A stretch of DNA of 64,000 bases from an uncultured Gemmatimonadaceae bacterium (lineage in GTDB: Bacteria > Gemmatimonadota > Gemmatimonadetes > Gemmatimonadales > Gemmatimonadaceae), in NCBI GenBank assembly GCA_963790305.1, contig CAWBOC010000006.1, forward strand, positions 414,675-478,674, given 5' to 3'. Made by a program: the position numbers and the translations under genes. Below the pieces are notes generated by a model that worked only from the letters and a program-made list of their open reading frames with translations, was not told the DNA's origin and did no database searches. Below, piece by piece: positions 50,169-60,641 of this stretch (its first letter is position 1; each line of letters begins with the position of its first letter).

Positions 50169-51284
50169 TTAGGTCAAGGCGGCGGCGAGTGCGTCCAGGC
50201 GAAGCCAACCCTCGGCCGTGAGGCGAAGCGTGTCGCCATTCAGCGCCGCCCAGCCCTCGTCGATCCAACGCCGCGCCTTTGACCGCTCGGCTTCCGTCAG
50301 GACGAGCCCCTCCGACGTTCGCAGGCCGAGATACACTCGTTCAGCCTGCCGGCTTTCTGCAGAAAGGACTTCTTGCCCCTCCATCGGGTCCAGGCCCTTT
50401 CGGACGAGATCGGCCCACTGCGCGTACGGCCCGACGTTCCAGCGGCGGCGAAGACCGTCGAACTCATGGGCCGCCGGACCGACCCCAGCCCACGGCCGAC
50501 CCGACCAATAGCTGGCGTTGTGGCGAGAGCGGGCACCGGGGCGTGCGTAGCTGGAGACCTCGTAATGATCGAAGCCCGCCTCGGTAAGCGCCGTGCCCGC
50601 GAGGAGGAATTCGGTGGCGTATGTCTCCTCCGGTGCCTCGGTGACATCGCCGCGGTCGCGCCACCGCGCCAATGGCGTTCGCTCGTGAACTGTCAGCCCG
50701 TACAGCGATACGTGCGATGGGTCCATCGCGATCGCGCGATGCAGGTCGTCACCCCAGTCGCGACCAAGCGCCGACGGGAGCGCGAAGATGAGATCGATCG
50801 AGATATTGTCGATGCCTGCGCGCCGGACCGCGTCGAACGCGAGACCGATCTGATCACTACTATGCGCACGGTGCATCCAGGCGAGTGCGCGCGGGTCGAA
50901 GGATTGAGCTCCGAGCGACAGCCGGGTGATGCCCGCCTGTCGCCATGCCTGTGCGGCCTCGAGCGAGACGTCATCGGGGTTCGCCTCGATGGTGACCTCG
51001 GCGTCATCGGCGAGACGCAGTCGATGGCGAAGCGCATCCATCAGCGTCGCGATCCCGCGAGCTCCGAGCCGGGAGGGAGTGCCGCCGCCAAGGTACAGCG
51101 TATCGACGCTCCATCTCTCGGGCGTGCTCGCGGGAAAACGCAAATCCAGTTCACGGGCGACCGCCTGGATGAACTCCTCTACCGGGACCTCACGACGCAC
51201 GGCAATCGAGAAGTCGCAATACGAGCATCGTCGCGCGCAGAACGGAACGTGGATGTAGAGGTGGCGCGGAAAGGGAGATGTCAT
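50169..51284 (-). CDS. hemW: Radical SAM heme chaperone
   Basis: YIHVPFCARRCSYCDF, GGGTPS, YEVSSYA, HNASYW. Confidence 0.9.
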   Translation of the reverse strand: MTSPFPRHLYIHVPFCARRCSYCDFSIAVRREVPVEEFIQAVARELDLRFPASTPERWSVDTLYLGGGTPSRLGARGIATLMDALRHRLRLADDAEVTIEANPDDVSLEAAQAWRQAGITRLSLGAQSFDPRALAWMHRAHSSDQIGLAFDAVRRAGIDNISIDLIFALPSALGRDWGDDLHRAIAMDPSHVSLYGLTVHERTPLARWRDRGDVTEAPEETYATEFLLAGTALTEAGFDHYEVSSYARPGARSRHNASYWSGRPWAGVGPAAHEFDGLRRRWNVGPYAQWADLVRKGLDPMEGQEVLSAESRQAERVYLGLRTSEGLVLTEAERSKARRWIDEGWAALNGDTLRLTAEGWLRLDALAAALT

Positions 51285-52132
51285 CCTGTTCGACGGCGAA
51301 TCTCACCAGTCAGAGCACATTCGATGGCGCCGTTGAGCTCGAGCGTCGTTACCGCGGCGAGGCATTCGCGCGCCGGAAGGCCCGACCGGATCGTTAACGT
51401 GTCGACGTCGAGTGCGCCCTCATCGAGCGCCATCCACACCGCCAGCTCCGCGGCGCTGGCGACCTCCGGATCGGGACGCCGTGCGCGTGGGGTGAGACCC
51501 GCGAGCTGGAGCGCATCGGCAACGTCCGCGATCACGGTAGCACCGTCTCGCAACAAGCCATTCGTGCCTGCGCTTTGAGGCGCGTCGATGGGCCCGGGGA
51601 CCGCGGCCACGGTGCGGCCAAGCTCGAGCGCATGCTCCGCCGTAATCAGTGCGCCGCTCTTCCCACCGGCCTCGACCACAATGGTAATCGAGGCCAGCGC
51701 GGCAATCAGGCGATTCCTCTTGGGGAACGAACCCGGTCCAGCATGCGCTCCCGGAAGCTCCTCGGAAAGAAGGAGCCCATGCTCGCGGATGCGCGCGTGA
51801 AGCGGACGGTGACCTGCCGGATAGGCGATGTCGACGCCGGTTCCCAGCACCGCGGCGGTCCGTCCGCGGACGTCGAGGGCGGCAGTATGCGCAATTCCGT
51901 CGATTCCCCGTGCCATGCCACTGACCACACAAGCGCCCGCACGCGCGAGCGCGCTCGCGATCTCGTGCGTGGCGCGCACGCCGTAGGGGGTCGCTTTACG
52001 GGTGCCGACGATCGCGATGACCGGCGCTCGAAGTACGGCCATGTCGCCGATCGCCCAGAGCACTCGCGGTGCCGATCGCAGGTCAAGCAGTGCGGCGGGA
52101 TAGCCTTCTTCGCCAATCTCCAGACGACGCAT
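51281..52132 (-). CDS. dprA: DNA processing protein DprA
   Basis: AIVGTR, VSGMARGID, FPKRNR, SGALITA. Confidence 0.93.
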   Translation of the reverse strand: MRRLEIGEEGYPAALLDLRSAPRVLWAIGDMAVLRAPVIAIVGTRKATPYGVRATHEIASALARAGACVVSGMARGIDGIAHTAALDVRGRTAAVLGTGVDIAYPAGHRPLHARIREHGLLLSEELPGAHAGPGSFPKRNRLIAALASITIVVEAGGKSGALITAEHALELGRTVAAVPGPIDAPQSAGTNGLLRDGATVIADVADALQLAGLTPRARRPDPEVASAAELAVWMALDEGALDVDTLTIRSGLPARECLAAVTTLELNGAIECALTGEIRRRTG

Positions 52133-52141
52133 CGGTCTCGT

Positions 52142-53161
52142 TCACGGAAGCGGGGCCTCGGCAGCTCGACGGCGCTCTTCCTTTTTCATCGCGAGCAACC
52201 GCGCCCACAGTCCCGCCTTGAGGTCGTCGAGGCCGTCGCGATTGGCGGCGCTGATCGCGAAGGTAGCGAATGCCTCACTCGCCTCCAGCGGCGGAGGCTC
52301 CAGATCACCCATCAAATCCATTTTCGTGAACACTACCGCGTGGGGTTTACCGGCCAGCTCCTCGGAGTAGCTTCGCACCTCGCGCCGCAGCGTGTCATAC
52401 TCGCCTTGCCAATCCATCGAGTCAATGGGAATCAGGAACGCGAGGACGCGGGTCCGCTCAATGTGTCGCAGAAACTGGAGACCCAACCCACGCCCTTCGT
52501 GCGCACCCTCGATGATTCCAGGGATGTCCGCGACGACGAAGGTGCGATGATCGGTGAGCTGCACGACGCCCAGGTTGGGGGAGAGGGTAGTAAACGGGTA
52601 GTCGGCGATCTTGGGACGCGCCGCCGAAATGACCGACAGGAGGGTCGACTTGCCCGCGTTAGGCTGGCCGACCAGACCCACGTCGGCGATGAGCTTGAGG
52701 ACGAGCTCGAGGTTTCGCCGCTCCCCTTCCTCACCCGGCTGCCACTCGCGCGGAGCCTGATGCGTCGCCGATGCGAACGCCGCGTTGCCGCGGCCGCCAC
52801 GGCCGCCACGCGCCACGAGCATCTCGTCGCCGTCCTCGAGGATTTCGCCAATGAGCTCGCCGCTGTCGGCATCGCGAATGACGGTACCCGGAGGGACCGG
52901 CAGGACGACGCCCTCCCCCGAGCGACCGGTCTTATTCGATCCCATGCCGTGCTCGCCCCGCTCCGCTTGCCAGAAATCGCGATACGTGAAGTCGAGGAGC
53001 GTCGCGAGATTCGAGTCCCCTCGAACGTGCACGTCGCCCCCGCGCCCGCCATCGCCCCCGTCGGGACCGCCCATGGGGACGAACTTTTCGCGACGGAACG
53101 ACGACGCGCCGGAGCCGCCGGTGCCAGCCTCAACCTTCACGACGACGCGATCAATGAACAT
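52142..53161 (-). CDS. obgE: GTPase Obg
   Basis: FRREKFVPMGGPDGGDGG, GQPNAGKST, DYPFTT, DIPG. Confidence 0.97.
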   Translation of the reverse strand: MFIDRVVVKVEAGTGGSGASSFRREKFVPMGGPDGGDGGRGGDVHVRGDSNLATLLDFTYRDFWQAERGEHGMGSNKTGRSGEGVVLPVPPGTVIRDADSGELIGEILEDGDEMLVARGGRGGRGNAAFASATHQAPREWQPGEEGERRNLELVLKLIADVGLVGQPNAGKSTLLSVISAARPKIADYPFTTLSPNLGVVQLTDHRTFVVADIPGIIEGAHEGRGLGLQFLRHIERTRVLAFLIPIDSMDWQGEYDTLRREVRSYSEELAGKPHAVVFTKMDLMGDLEPPPLEASEAFATFAISAANRDGLDDLKAGLWARLLAMKKEERRRAAEAPLP

Positions 53162-53180
53162 TTCAGCGGTGTCCTTGGTC

Positions 53181-53831
53181 CTAGCCTCGTCTCACACGCG
53201 CCCACAGATGCATCACTCGATCCCGCACCCCATCGGCGAGCATCTCGTTGACGACGGAGAGTGTTTCGTGTACCTCCGCCTGGGTCGCGCCGGCATTCAG
53301 CGCCCCATGCAAATGCGAGTGGAGCTGACGTTCCTGCTCGAGCACGGCGCAGGCCGCGACGACGCACAGCTCCCGGCGCTTCAAATCCAGGCCGGGCCGT
53401 GACAGCACCTTTCCGTACCCCTCCACGATCATCCACGCATCCAGCGCGGGATGGAGCGCGCGAATGTTCAGTCGCAGACGGTTGTACATCTCTCCGTACA
53501 CGGTGTGACACGTTTCCTCGCCTAACCGCGCCCAGTCCGCGGTTGCGTCGAGACGTTCCCCGTCATCGTGCTCCGGCGCCGGCTGCCCCGAGGCGCGTCG
53601 CCATTCCCGCATCGCGTTGAGCCCCCGCGGAAATCCGGCGAAGAGATAGGTCTGAAGGATCAGCTCGTCGATCCACACTGGAGGCACTGCGCTACCTGCC
53701 ACGCGCCCCATCGCCGCCCGGATCTCGGCCTCGGTCCCGGCCGATATCACCGCCGCGAGTCGTACGAGCTCGCGCGTCGCCTCATCCAGCGCCGGCACGG
53801 TAGTCGTGAGGCGCGCGCGCTTTGCCATCAA
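53181..53831 (-). CDS. Carboxymuconolactone decarboxylase family protein
   Basis: LFAGFPR, YGKVLSRPGLD..RREL, HLHGALNAG. Confidence 0.8.
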   Translation of the reverse strand: MMAKRARLTTTVPALDEATRELVRLAAVISAGTEAEIRAAMGRVAGSAVPPVWIDELILQTYLFAGFPRGLNAMREWRRASGQPAPEHDDGERLDATADWARLGEETCHTVYGEMYNRLRLNIRALHPALDAWMIVEGYGKVLSRPGLDLKRRELCVVAACAVLEQERQLHSHLHGALNAGATQAEVHETLSVVNEMLADGVRDRVMHLWARVRRG

Positions 53832-53862
53832 TGCCTTGCGTGAAAGGACCGTGCGTTGCGAG

Positions 53863-54891
53863 TCACGCGATCGGGGCGAGCTCGCCGACGGTCTCGCCCC
53901 GAGTGTTCACCACGGCGGTCCGAGCGAACGCGGCAAGTCTCGCGGGCAGCTCATCAGGAAGCACGTGAAGACGCTGAAGCAGGCGAATGACCGCTGCATG
54001 CTGCGCCCGCTGGCCCCCATCCTCGACTTTGATCGCCAATCCCAGGCCGCGTGCGGGAATCGCGACGGAATGCATCCCCTCGGCGCCGACTTTCGCGATG
54101 ACCTCGCCCTCCGTCTCCTCGAGCATCACCGTATCGAATCGGTCGGTGCCTCCGACGAGGAACGGCCGGCTTCGCATCGCGCCGAAGATGCGGCTGGGAA
54201 CTTCCTCGCCTCGTTCAGCGGCCGCGGCGAAACGGGCAAATGCGGTTGCCATCGCATCCAGGGGAAGTCCGAACGTCGTCACTCCGCATCCGTCGACGGC
54301 GACGAGCACCCAATGCGCGGGAATCCCCGTCCATCGGGACACCATCGCGAGCGCAGCACGTTGCACAGAATGCTCTGCGCGCTGATACCCGAGCGCGCCT
54401 TCACCGCAGCGGACGGCGTATGCGAGCATCGCGGCGTGCTTGCCGGAGCAGTTGTTGTGTAGGCGGGTTGGATGCAGGCCGGAATCACGCAGGAGCTTGG
54501 AGCCGCGCTTCGAGAGCGGTTCGTGCGGCCCGCATGCGAGATCGCCTTCCTCCAAACCGATGGACTCGAGCATCCGGGATGCGATCGCGACGTGCTCAGG
54601 CTCGCCGGCGTGCGACGCACACGAGAGTGCCAGCTCGTCATTTCCCCACCCGACTGCATCGGGAATCCCCGCCTCGACGAGTGACGCCGCCTGCATCGGC
54701 TTTGCGCCCGACCGCCAGGCTGTCAGCAGTGAGGCGTCGCCCGCCACACCGATCAGCTGGCTTCGATCGTCGACGACTGCGGCGTGCACGCGATGCCGAG
54801 ATTCGAGAATGGCGCCTCGCGTGACCGCCACATCGAGCTCGTAGCGTACCGAGCGGCGTGCATCTGAAGGACTTTTCGTCGGGGCCGACAT
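53863..54891 (-). CDS. L-asparaginase II (AnsA/rhizobial-type) family
   Basis: RG..ESRH, RSGAKPMQA, ASHAGE, HNNCSGKH, DGCG, AKVGAEG. Confidence 0.88.
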   Translation of the reverse strand: MSAPTKSPSDARRSVRYELDVAVTRGAILESRHRVHAAVVDDRSQLIGVAGDASLLTAWRSGAKPMQAASLVEAGIPDAVGWGNDELALSCASHAGEPEHVAIASRMLESIGLEEGDLACGPHEPLSKRGSKLLRDSGLHPTRLHNNCSGKHAAMLAYAVRCGEGALGYQRAEHSVQRAALAMVSRWTGIPAHWVLVAVDGCGVTTFGLPLDAMATAFARFAAAAERGEEVPSRIFGAMRSRPFLVGGTDRFDTVMLEETEGEVIAKVGAEGMHSVAIPARGLGLAIKVEDGGQRAQHAAVIRLLQRLHVLPDELPARLAAFARTAVVNTRGETVGELAPIA

Positions 54892-54900
54892 GCTTCAACG

Positions 54901-55793
54901 CTAACCAGGTACCTCCCGCCGCGGCAGCGCCATCAGGATGCCCGCGATGACGACCGCGCCGGCGGCCAGCACGGCGATGGTCGGTACCTCCCGGATTCCA
55001 GGAAGCAGCGCGCCCAGCAGGATCGCGCCGACCGGTTCACCAAGCACCGTGATGTTCACGACATACGCTGGCAGGTGCCCAAGCGCCCAGTTCATCCCGG
55101 TGTGTCCGAGCAGCATGGGGCCGAGGGCGAGGCCGGCGAAGATCGCCCACTCTCGCGAAGGCTGCGGCAACAGTGGCGCGTCGACAATGAACGCGATCAC
55201 GAGCAGGGCCACGAGACAGGCCCCGTACACGAGCGTTACGTACGGCAGCAGATCGAGCTTCTCCGCAGCCGGCGGCCACTGAGATAATAGAGTGCGGCGG
55301 TGACAGCGCCGACGAGGGCCAGCGTGTTTCCGAGGAGAGGCCAGGACCCGCGACCCGCGGCGTCACCGGCACTCGCGAAGGCGACTCCGGCGGCACCGGC
55401 CATCGCGATCGCGATGCCGATCCACTGACGCCGAGTGGGGGTTTCGCGAAGCCAAACTGACGACAGCACGGCGACGATCGCCGGCTGCAAGTTCACGAGA
55501 ATGACGGACGCCGCGATGCTCGTGTAGCGGAGCGAGGTGTTCCACGACCAGAAATGGATCGCGAGCATGGCACCGGCACTGAGCGCCAGTCCGACTTCCC
55601 GTGTCGACAGAGTGCGCCATGCCCGCCACCCCTGCGTAACCGCGAGCGCGGTACCGAGCACCGCGAGCGAGAGGACAAGGCGCCATACGGCGATCGCGAC
55701 TGGATGCGCGCTCGATAGGCGGATGAGCGGCGCGGCGACAGAGATACCGGCGATCGCGAGGAGGAGAACGATCCCAGGACGCGCTCTCCGCAT
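54901..55793 (-). CDS. EamA/DMT transporter; one apparent frameshift (~55262)
   Basis: Two hydrophobic halves in different frames (HFWSWNTSL; LGHTGMNWAL, GEPVGA). Confidence 0.82.
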
Positions 55794-55794
55794 C

Positions 55795-55842
55795 TGAGCG
55801 CCTTCAGCGCCTTTAGCGCCTCTAGCGCCTCTAGCGCCTCTA
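55795..55842. repeat. 9-nt T(C/T)TAGCGCC tandem x5 (single arm)
   Basis: tgagcgcc ttcagcgcc tttagcgcc tctagcgcc tctagcgcc tcta; same unit as 45421-45510; includes the mlaD stop. Confidence 0.85.
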
Positions 55843-56817
55843 AAAGACCTTGATCATCCCCTTCGTGTATTTCCCCGGGTCGGCGCGGACGTCCTCGAGA
55901 ATGGCCGACAGGTCGGTGAGTGTCTTGTTGAGCCGGTCGTATAGCGCCTGGTCGTTCAACATGCGCGCCGCGAACCCCTGACCCTGCGTCATGAGCCGAA
56001 GTGCCGAATCGGCGCTCGCCGCGATACTCGTGAGGCGCACGTACAGACTATCGTCACGCATGAGCTTGCCGAGCGTGCCCTCCGAGGACGCCATCGCGCG
56101 GGTCAGCGTGTCAAGCGAGCCGGTGAGCCGGACCATGCGCTCGTACAGGGCCGGATCATCGAGCAAGCGGCCGAAAGTCCCGTTTGGCTGTTGCAGACGC
56201 GTCAGAAGCGTGTTCGTCCGCGTCAGCGTTCCGGCAAGCTCATCGTACAACGTGCGATTGGAGAGCAGCTGTCCCATCGTGCCTTCACCGCGCACCAAGC
56301 CTCCGGTGATTGCGCGAAGGTCGGCGGTGAGCTGCACCATGTCGCCGACCGCTCCGGCCGCCTGCGCCAGCACCTGCTCGTAGTCGAGCGAGGGCTCGAC
56401 CTCCAGTGTGTCCCCGGGCTCCATGATTGCATTTGGGACCGTGCCCGGCGTGATGTCGAGGGTCTTGTCACCGAGCAGCCCCATCGTGCGCACCTTGATG
56501 CGCGAGTCGGAGCGGATCTGCTCTCGAATACCCTCGTCGACCTTGATGGTGACCTTGAGGTTCTGCGTCGTGTCGCCGTCGGCCGGGAGGAAGTCGATGC
56601 TCTCGACGATGCCGGAGAGCTGGCCGGCGACCATCACCGAGCCTCCTTCCCGCAGGCCGCCGGCATTTGGCAGCAAGGCGACGAGCTCGTACCGCTCGGT
56701 GAACAGGTTCGCCGCCTGGCCGAGCTTCACCGCGGCCACACCGAGGACTACGAACGAGAGCAGGATCAGCAGCCCGACCTTGAGCTGGTCCCAGGTTATG
56801 AACGTCGAACGCTTCAT
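55840..56817 (-). CDS. MlaD/MCE family protein
   Basis: N-terminal TM helix, GLREGGSV.VAG..G.V, GLLGDK.LDITPG, helical tail. Confidence 0.9.
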   Translation of the reverse strand: MKRSTFITWDQLKVGLLILLSFVVLGVAAVKLGQAANLFTERYELVALLPNAGGLREGGSVMVAGQLSGIVESIDFLPADGDTTQNLKVTIKVDEGIREQIRSDSRIKVRTMGLLGDKTLDITPGTVPNAIMEPGDTLEVEPSLDYEQVLAQAAGAVGDMVQLTADLRAITGGLVRGEGTMGQLLSNRTLYDELAGTLTRTNTLLTRLQQPNGTFGRLLDDPALYERMVRLTGSLDTLTRAMASSEGTLGKLMRDDSLYVRLTSIAASADSALRLMTQGQGFAARMLNDQALYDRLNKTLTDLSAILEDVRADPGKYTKGMIKVF

Positions 56818-56841
56818 AGGCGAGCCCCCATCGGCCGCACG

Positions 56842-57738
56842 TCAGAATCCACCGAGAAAATCGCGAATGTACTCGTTGTCGCTTCCCGCCATCTCTTCCG
56901 GAGTGCCGAAGAACACAATGTGTCGGTCGTGGAGCAGAGCCACCCTCGTCGCCATGCGAAACGCCGAGCGGATGTCATGCGACACGACGACGCTCGTGAC
57001 GCCGAGCTCACGCTGCAACTTCATGATCAGCCGAGTGATCGTGCCCGTGGTGAGCGGATCGAGGCCTGACGTCGGCTCATCGTAAAGCATCAACTCTGGA
57101 TTGTTCGCCATCCCGCGCGCAATGCCGACGCGCTTTCGCATTCCCCCGGACAGCTCGGCGGGCATCTGCTGCATCACCTTATCAGGATCGAGATCGACGA
57201 ACTCGAGCTTCTCGCGCACGCGCGCCTCGATCTCATCCTCGTTGAGGTCGGTGTGCTCGCGCAGCGGATAGGCGACGTTCTCGAACACCGTCATCGAGTC
57301 GAAGAGCGCCGCGCCCTGGAACACCATGCCCATTTTCTGCCGAACCTGGAGTGCCTCCTCGAACGAGAGGTGGGTGATGTCCTCCCCATCGATGAGCACA
57401 CGGCCGTTGTCGGGAACCAGGAGTCGCAGGATGAGCTTCAGGATCGTGGATTTGCCCGTTCCCGATTCGCCGACGACGACGACTGTCTCACCTTCGTTGG
57501 CCGCGAAGGAGATCTCTTCGAGCACCGGGTCGTCGAACGCGAGCGACACGTGATCGAGCTCGATCACGGGCGTTCCGGCATTCTCCCGGCGAACCCGCAT
57601 CTCCGACGTCGTGGGAGCGTCGGCGGCGATCTCGCTGCGGATGGCTTCGCGGACCTGCGTCCTCGTCGACACCCGCGCGCGATCGTCGGCGCGACGCTGC
57701 TGGGTACCCGGCCGGCCGGGAGCGTCGTCGGTCGTCAT
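56842..57738 (-). CDS. MlaF-like ABC ATPase
   Basis: GESGTGKST, FQGAALFDS, LSGGMRKR, YDEPTSGLDP. ATG overlaps the permease stop (ATGA). Confidence 0.9.
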   Translation of the reverse strand: MTTDDAPGRPGTQQRRADDRARVSTRTQVREAIRSEIAADAPTTSEMRVRRENAGTPVIELDHVSLAFDDPVLEEISFAANEGETVVVVGESGTGKSTILKLILRLLVPDNGRVLIDGEDITHLSFEEALQVRQKMGMVFQGAALFDSMTVFENVAYPLREHTDLNEDEIEARVREKLEFVDLDPDKVMQQMPAELSGGMRKRVGIARGMANNPELMLYDEPTSGLDPLTTGTITRLIMKLQRELGVTSVVVSHDIRSAFRMATRVALLHDRHIVFFGTPEEMAGSDNEYIRDFLGGF

Positions 57739-58549
57739 TCGGAGAACAGCGCCAGCATGACCTGCGTCATGAAGTAGTCGATGATCAGAATCGAGGATGC
57801 TCGCCGTCACCACGGTGCGTGTCGTCGCTTGGCCCACCCCTTCCGTGCCTCCGGTCGTCTTGAGCCCATAGTGGCACGCCGTAACCGCGATGATGCCCCC
57901 GAAAACAAACGGCTTCGCGACACCCTGAATGAAGTCGTTCGGGATGTAGCGGAAGGTGAATCCACCCGCCGCGATCTGCTCCCATACCGTGCGCCAGTAG
58001 AGCGATGTCGGCAGGCCGACGTACGCGCTGGCGATGACGTTGCCGCCGATGATACCGACCAGGTCGTTGATGATGGTCAGGACCGGCAACATGATGAGCG
58101 CCGCGAGCACCCGTGGCGTCACGAGCTTCTTGATCGGGTCGGTGCCGAGCGTATTCAGCGCGTCGATCTGCTCGGTGACCTTCATCGAGCCGAGCTGGGC
58201 GGCAATGCCGGATCCGACACGTCCGGCGACCATGAGGCCGGCGAGCACCGGCCCGAGCTCGCGGATCATGGACGCCGAGACCAGGCGGCCGATGTAGATC
58301 GTCGCGCCGAAGGTCTTGAGCTGTACCGATGACTGCAGCGCCAGCACCATTCCTGTGAAAAACCCCGTGAGCAGCACGATGCCGAGCGACTGAACGCCGA
58401 TGGCGTCCATTTGCTGAACCAGATCCGCAGCCATAGAACGGGCGGGCGAAAATGAAGCGGATCGCTTTCCAGGCGAGCGTGAAATACTCCTGGATGGCCA
58501 GGACGATGCCCTTCGCCCAGTCGTTAAACCGCTGGAGAACGTTCGCCAA
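57735..58549 (-). CDS. MlaE-like permease; two apparent frameshifts (~58432, ~57792)
   Basis: RELGPV, GSMKVTEQIDAL, GVGQATT. The C-terminus ILIIDYFMTQVMLALFSE* and the N-terminus are in other frames. Confidence 0.88.
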
Positions 58550-58616
58550 TCGGATCGGGGTGGAGAGATCGTCGGGCCGGCAGATGCCGGAAGGGCAAGG
58601 CTTATGCCTCGGACGG

Positions 58617-58665
58617 CGCTGCGAACTGCGGACTGCGACTGGGGACTGCGAAGTGCGGACTGCGT
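58617..58665. repeat. 7-nt ACTGCG(G/A) tandem, about 7 copies
   Basis: gctgcga actgcgg actgcg actgggg actgcga agtgcgg actgcgt in the divergent mlaE / heptose kinase gap. Confidence 0.75.
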
Positions 58666-58703
58666 TGACCGCTGCCACTGCGACCTCTAGCTTCCCGCGC
58701 CGC

Positions 58704-59707
58704 ATGCCCAACCACCTTTCCCGCGAACGTCTTGTCGAGCTCCTCGAGGCGGCGCGTCGGCACGCGCGTGGTAATCGTCGGCGATGCCATGCTCGACGTC
58801 TACCTGCGAGGGGACGTGGAGCGCATTTCGCCCGAGGCGCCGGTGCCGGTGGTGCGCGTCCGCGAGCGCAAGCGACGCGCTGGGCGGCGCGGCGAACGTG
58901 GCGCAGAACGTCGCGGCGCTTGGGCGCGGCTCCGCGCCTCGTGGCGGCGGTGGGCGCGACGCCGCCGGCGCACGGCTGCGTGCCATGCTCGACGCAGATC
59001 GGCGCGGAACGCGATCGCGCTGGTCGAGGTCGACCGCCCGACGACGACGAAGACGCGCATCCTGGCCCGCGTCGCAGCAGGTCGTACGGTTCGACGAGGA
59101 GGAGGACGCGGACCTGCCTGCGGCCGACGCGGCGCGATCGCCGCGGCTGTCGACGACGCGTTGCGACGATGCCGACGCGCTGGTGCTCGAGGACTACAAC
59201 AAGGGCGTGCTGACGCCGCGCGGTGATCACGCGCGCGATCGAGCGGGCGCGTGCGCGACGGCTGCCGGTCGTCGTCGACCCCAAGTACCGCAACTTCTTC
59301 GCCTACAGGGGCGCGACGATCTTCAAGCCCAACCGTCGCGAGCTCGAGGCGGCGCTCGGGGCGGCGGTGGACCTCGACCATCCCGAGACGCTGCCGGCGA
59401 CGCTGCGCCGGCTCGGGTCGAGCACCTGCTGCTGACGCTCGGCGAGCGAGGGATGGTGCTGATCTCCGGCGCGACGGGGAGGTCACGCGCGTGCCGACGA
59501 CGGCGCGCGAGGTGTACGACGTCGTCGGCGCGGGCGACACCGTGACGGCGTACCTGGCGGCGATGCTGGCCGCCGGGGCGACGGCTGCGCGAGGCGGCGG
59601 TCATCGCCAACTTCGCCGCGGGCGTCGAGGTCGGAAAGCTCGGCGCGGCGACGGTCGCGCCTCACGAAGTGCTTTCGGCGTGGGGGGAATTCGCACAACG
59701 CCGGTAG
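58704..59707 (+). CDS. D-glycero-beta-D-manno-heptose-7-phosphate kinase (RfaE1/HldA-like); many apparent frameshifts
   Basis: [54 protein letters not shown] and EVGKLG in shifting frames. Confidence 0.85.
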
Positions 59708-59983
59708 GTCGCCGATACCGACCCCGACGGTCAATGCGCCGCGGCCCTTTTCACCGCAACGGCCTTTACGTTTTCAAGCCTCCCTCCACGTAGGGCGGGC
59801 GCTACAGTCGCACGCAACAGCGCAGTGGTGCCGCAACAGCCTCCCTCCGCCTAACCCCATGATACGACTCGCTTTGCGACCTAACGAGGGGAGCCGCTAC
59901 AGCGCGCGTGTCTTGCATACGCTTCGGTATTGAACTCGAACGGCGAGAACCTGCCTCACACATCTCACCGGAGGGAGCTGGTC

Positions 59984-60544
59984 ATGTCACGCAGTCGTCG
60001 TCTCAGCGGATTGGTGTTTTTGGTGATCACGGCGGGCGCTTGCGGTCGGGACGCGGCCACCGGGCCCGCAGCCGCACCGGCCGAAAGCCCGTCACTCAGG
60101 GGCGCCCGGCCAATCGGATCGCGATTCAACCTCGCAACTGGTTGGGCCAGGGTCGACGCATTTGGGCTGGGCCACAAATACGCGTTCCTCGCGTATGCCT
60201 TGCCCGGCGGCACGGCTGAGGGCACATGGGCATGGGTTGGTGAGCATCCCGAATGCCACGTGGGAGGCATCAGGCCAGGTCCTTTGCCTGCGAGTCGTCG
60301 GGAACACCGCGCAGGTGTCCGGGATCATCGAGACCACCAACGCGTACTGGGCGCAGCCGCCCTTCAACTACGCGACGTGGACCGTGGTCGACATGGGCAA
60401 CGAAACAAACAGCCCACCGGACCTGGCAAGTTTGCTCACCGTCGCCACGACCGAGGTCAAGCCAGGGCGCATTGCGAGGCCAATTCGTTCCAGTACACCC
60501 CGCCAATTACCGAGGGTGAAATACTGGTGCGAGCGGCAAGGTGA
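59984..60544 (+). CDS. Hypothetical lipoprotein, probably with internal frameshifts
   Basis: GGAGGG RBS, lipobox AGAC. A natural-looking segment (GQVLCLRVVGNTAQVSG) lies in another frame. Confidence 0.55.
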   Translation: MSRSRRLSGLVFLVITAGACGRDAATGPAAAPAESPSLRGARPIGSRFNLATGWARVDAFGLGHKYAFLAYALPGGTAEGTWAWVGEHPECHVGGIRPGPLPASRREHRAGVRDHRDHQRVLGAAALQLRDVDRGRHGQRNKQPTGPGKFAHRRHDRGQARAHCEANSFQYTPPITEGEILVRAAR

Positions 60545-60600
60545 CATGCGCCGATAGACGCGATCAAATCACCTATTGGTAGATCCATGGACAGGAGATG

Positions 60601-60639
60601 GTCCCTGGAACCGTCACACTATCCGACGGTTCTGGGGAC
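60601..60639. terminator. Hairpin between convergent genes
   Basis: gtccctggaaccgtc ... gacggttctggggac. Confidence 0.5.
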
Positions 60640-60641
60640 GC

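Noticed and set aside
50125..50180. CIRCE element upstream of hrcA
   Set aside because: Only a weak half-site (TTTGCACTT) is present, with no matching GAGTGCTAA arm at 9-nt spacing.
16144..53251. Long antisense ORFs (e.g. 16144-17928, 30568-31944, 51575-53251)
   Set aside because: Shadow frames of high-GC genes on the opposite strand; Arg/Ala-rich with no motifs.
56842..58434. Apparent 530-aa MlaE-MlaF fusion ORF
   Set aside because: A one-base indel near 57792 explains it. The normal permease end (ILIIDYF...FSE*) stops at 57735 with an ATGA overlap onto the ATPase start.
2342..58665. Short repeats as CRISPR arrays
   Set aside because: Units are 7-11 nt and contiguous, with no unique spacers, and there are no cas genes.
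58704..59707. Heptose kinase as a decayed pseudogene
   Set aside because: All motifs are intact and the damage appears to be only small indels, as expected from locally poor consensus quality. Real decay cannot be fully excluded.
59895..59920. Sigma54 promoter upstream of the lipoprotein at 59984
   Set aside because: TTGCA is present but the -24 GG is missing at the required spacing.
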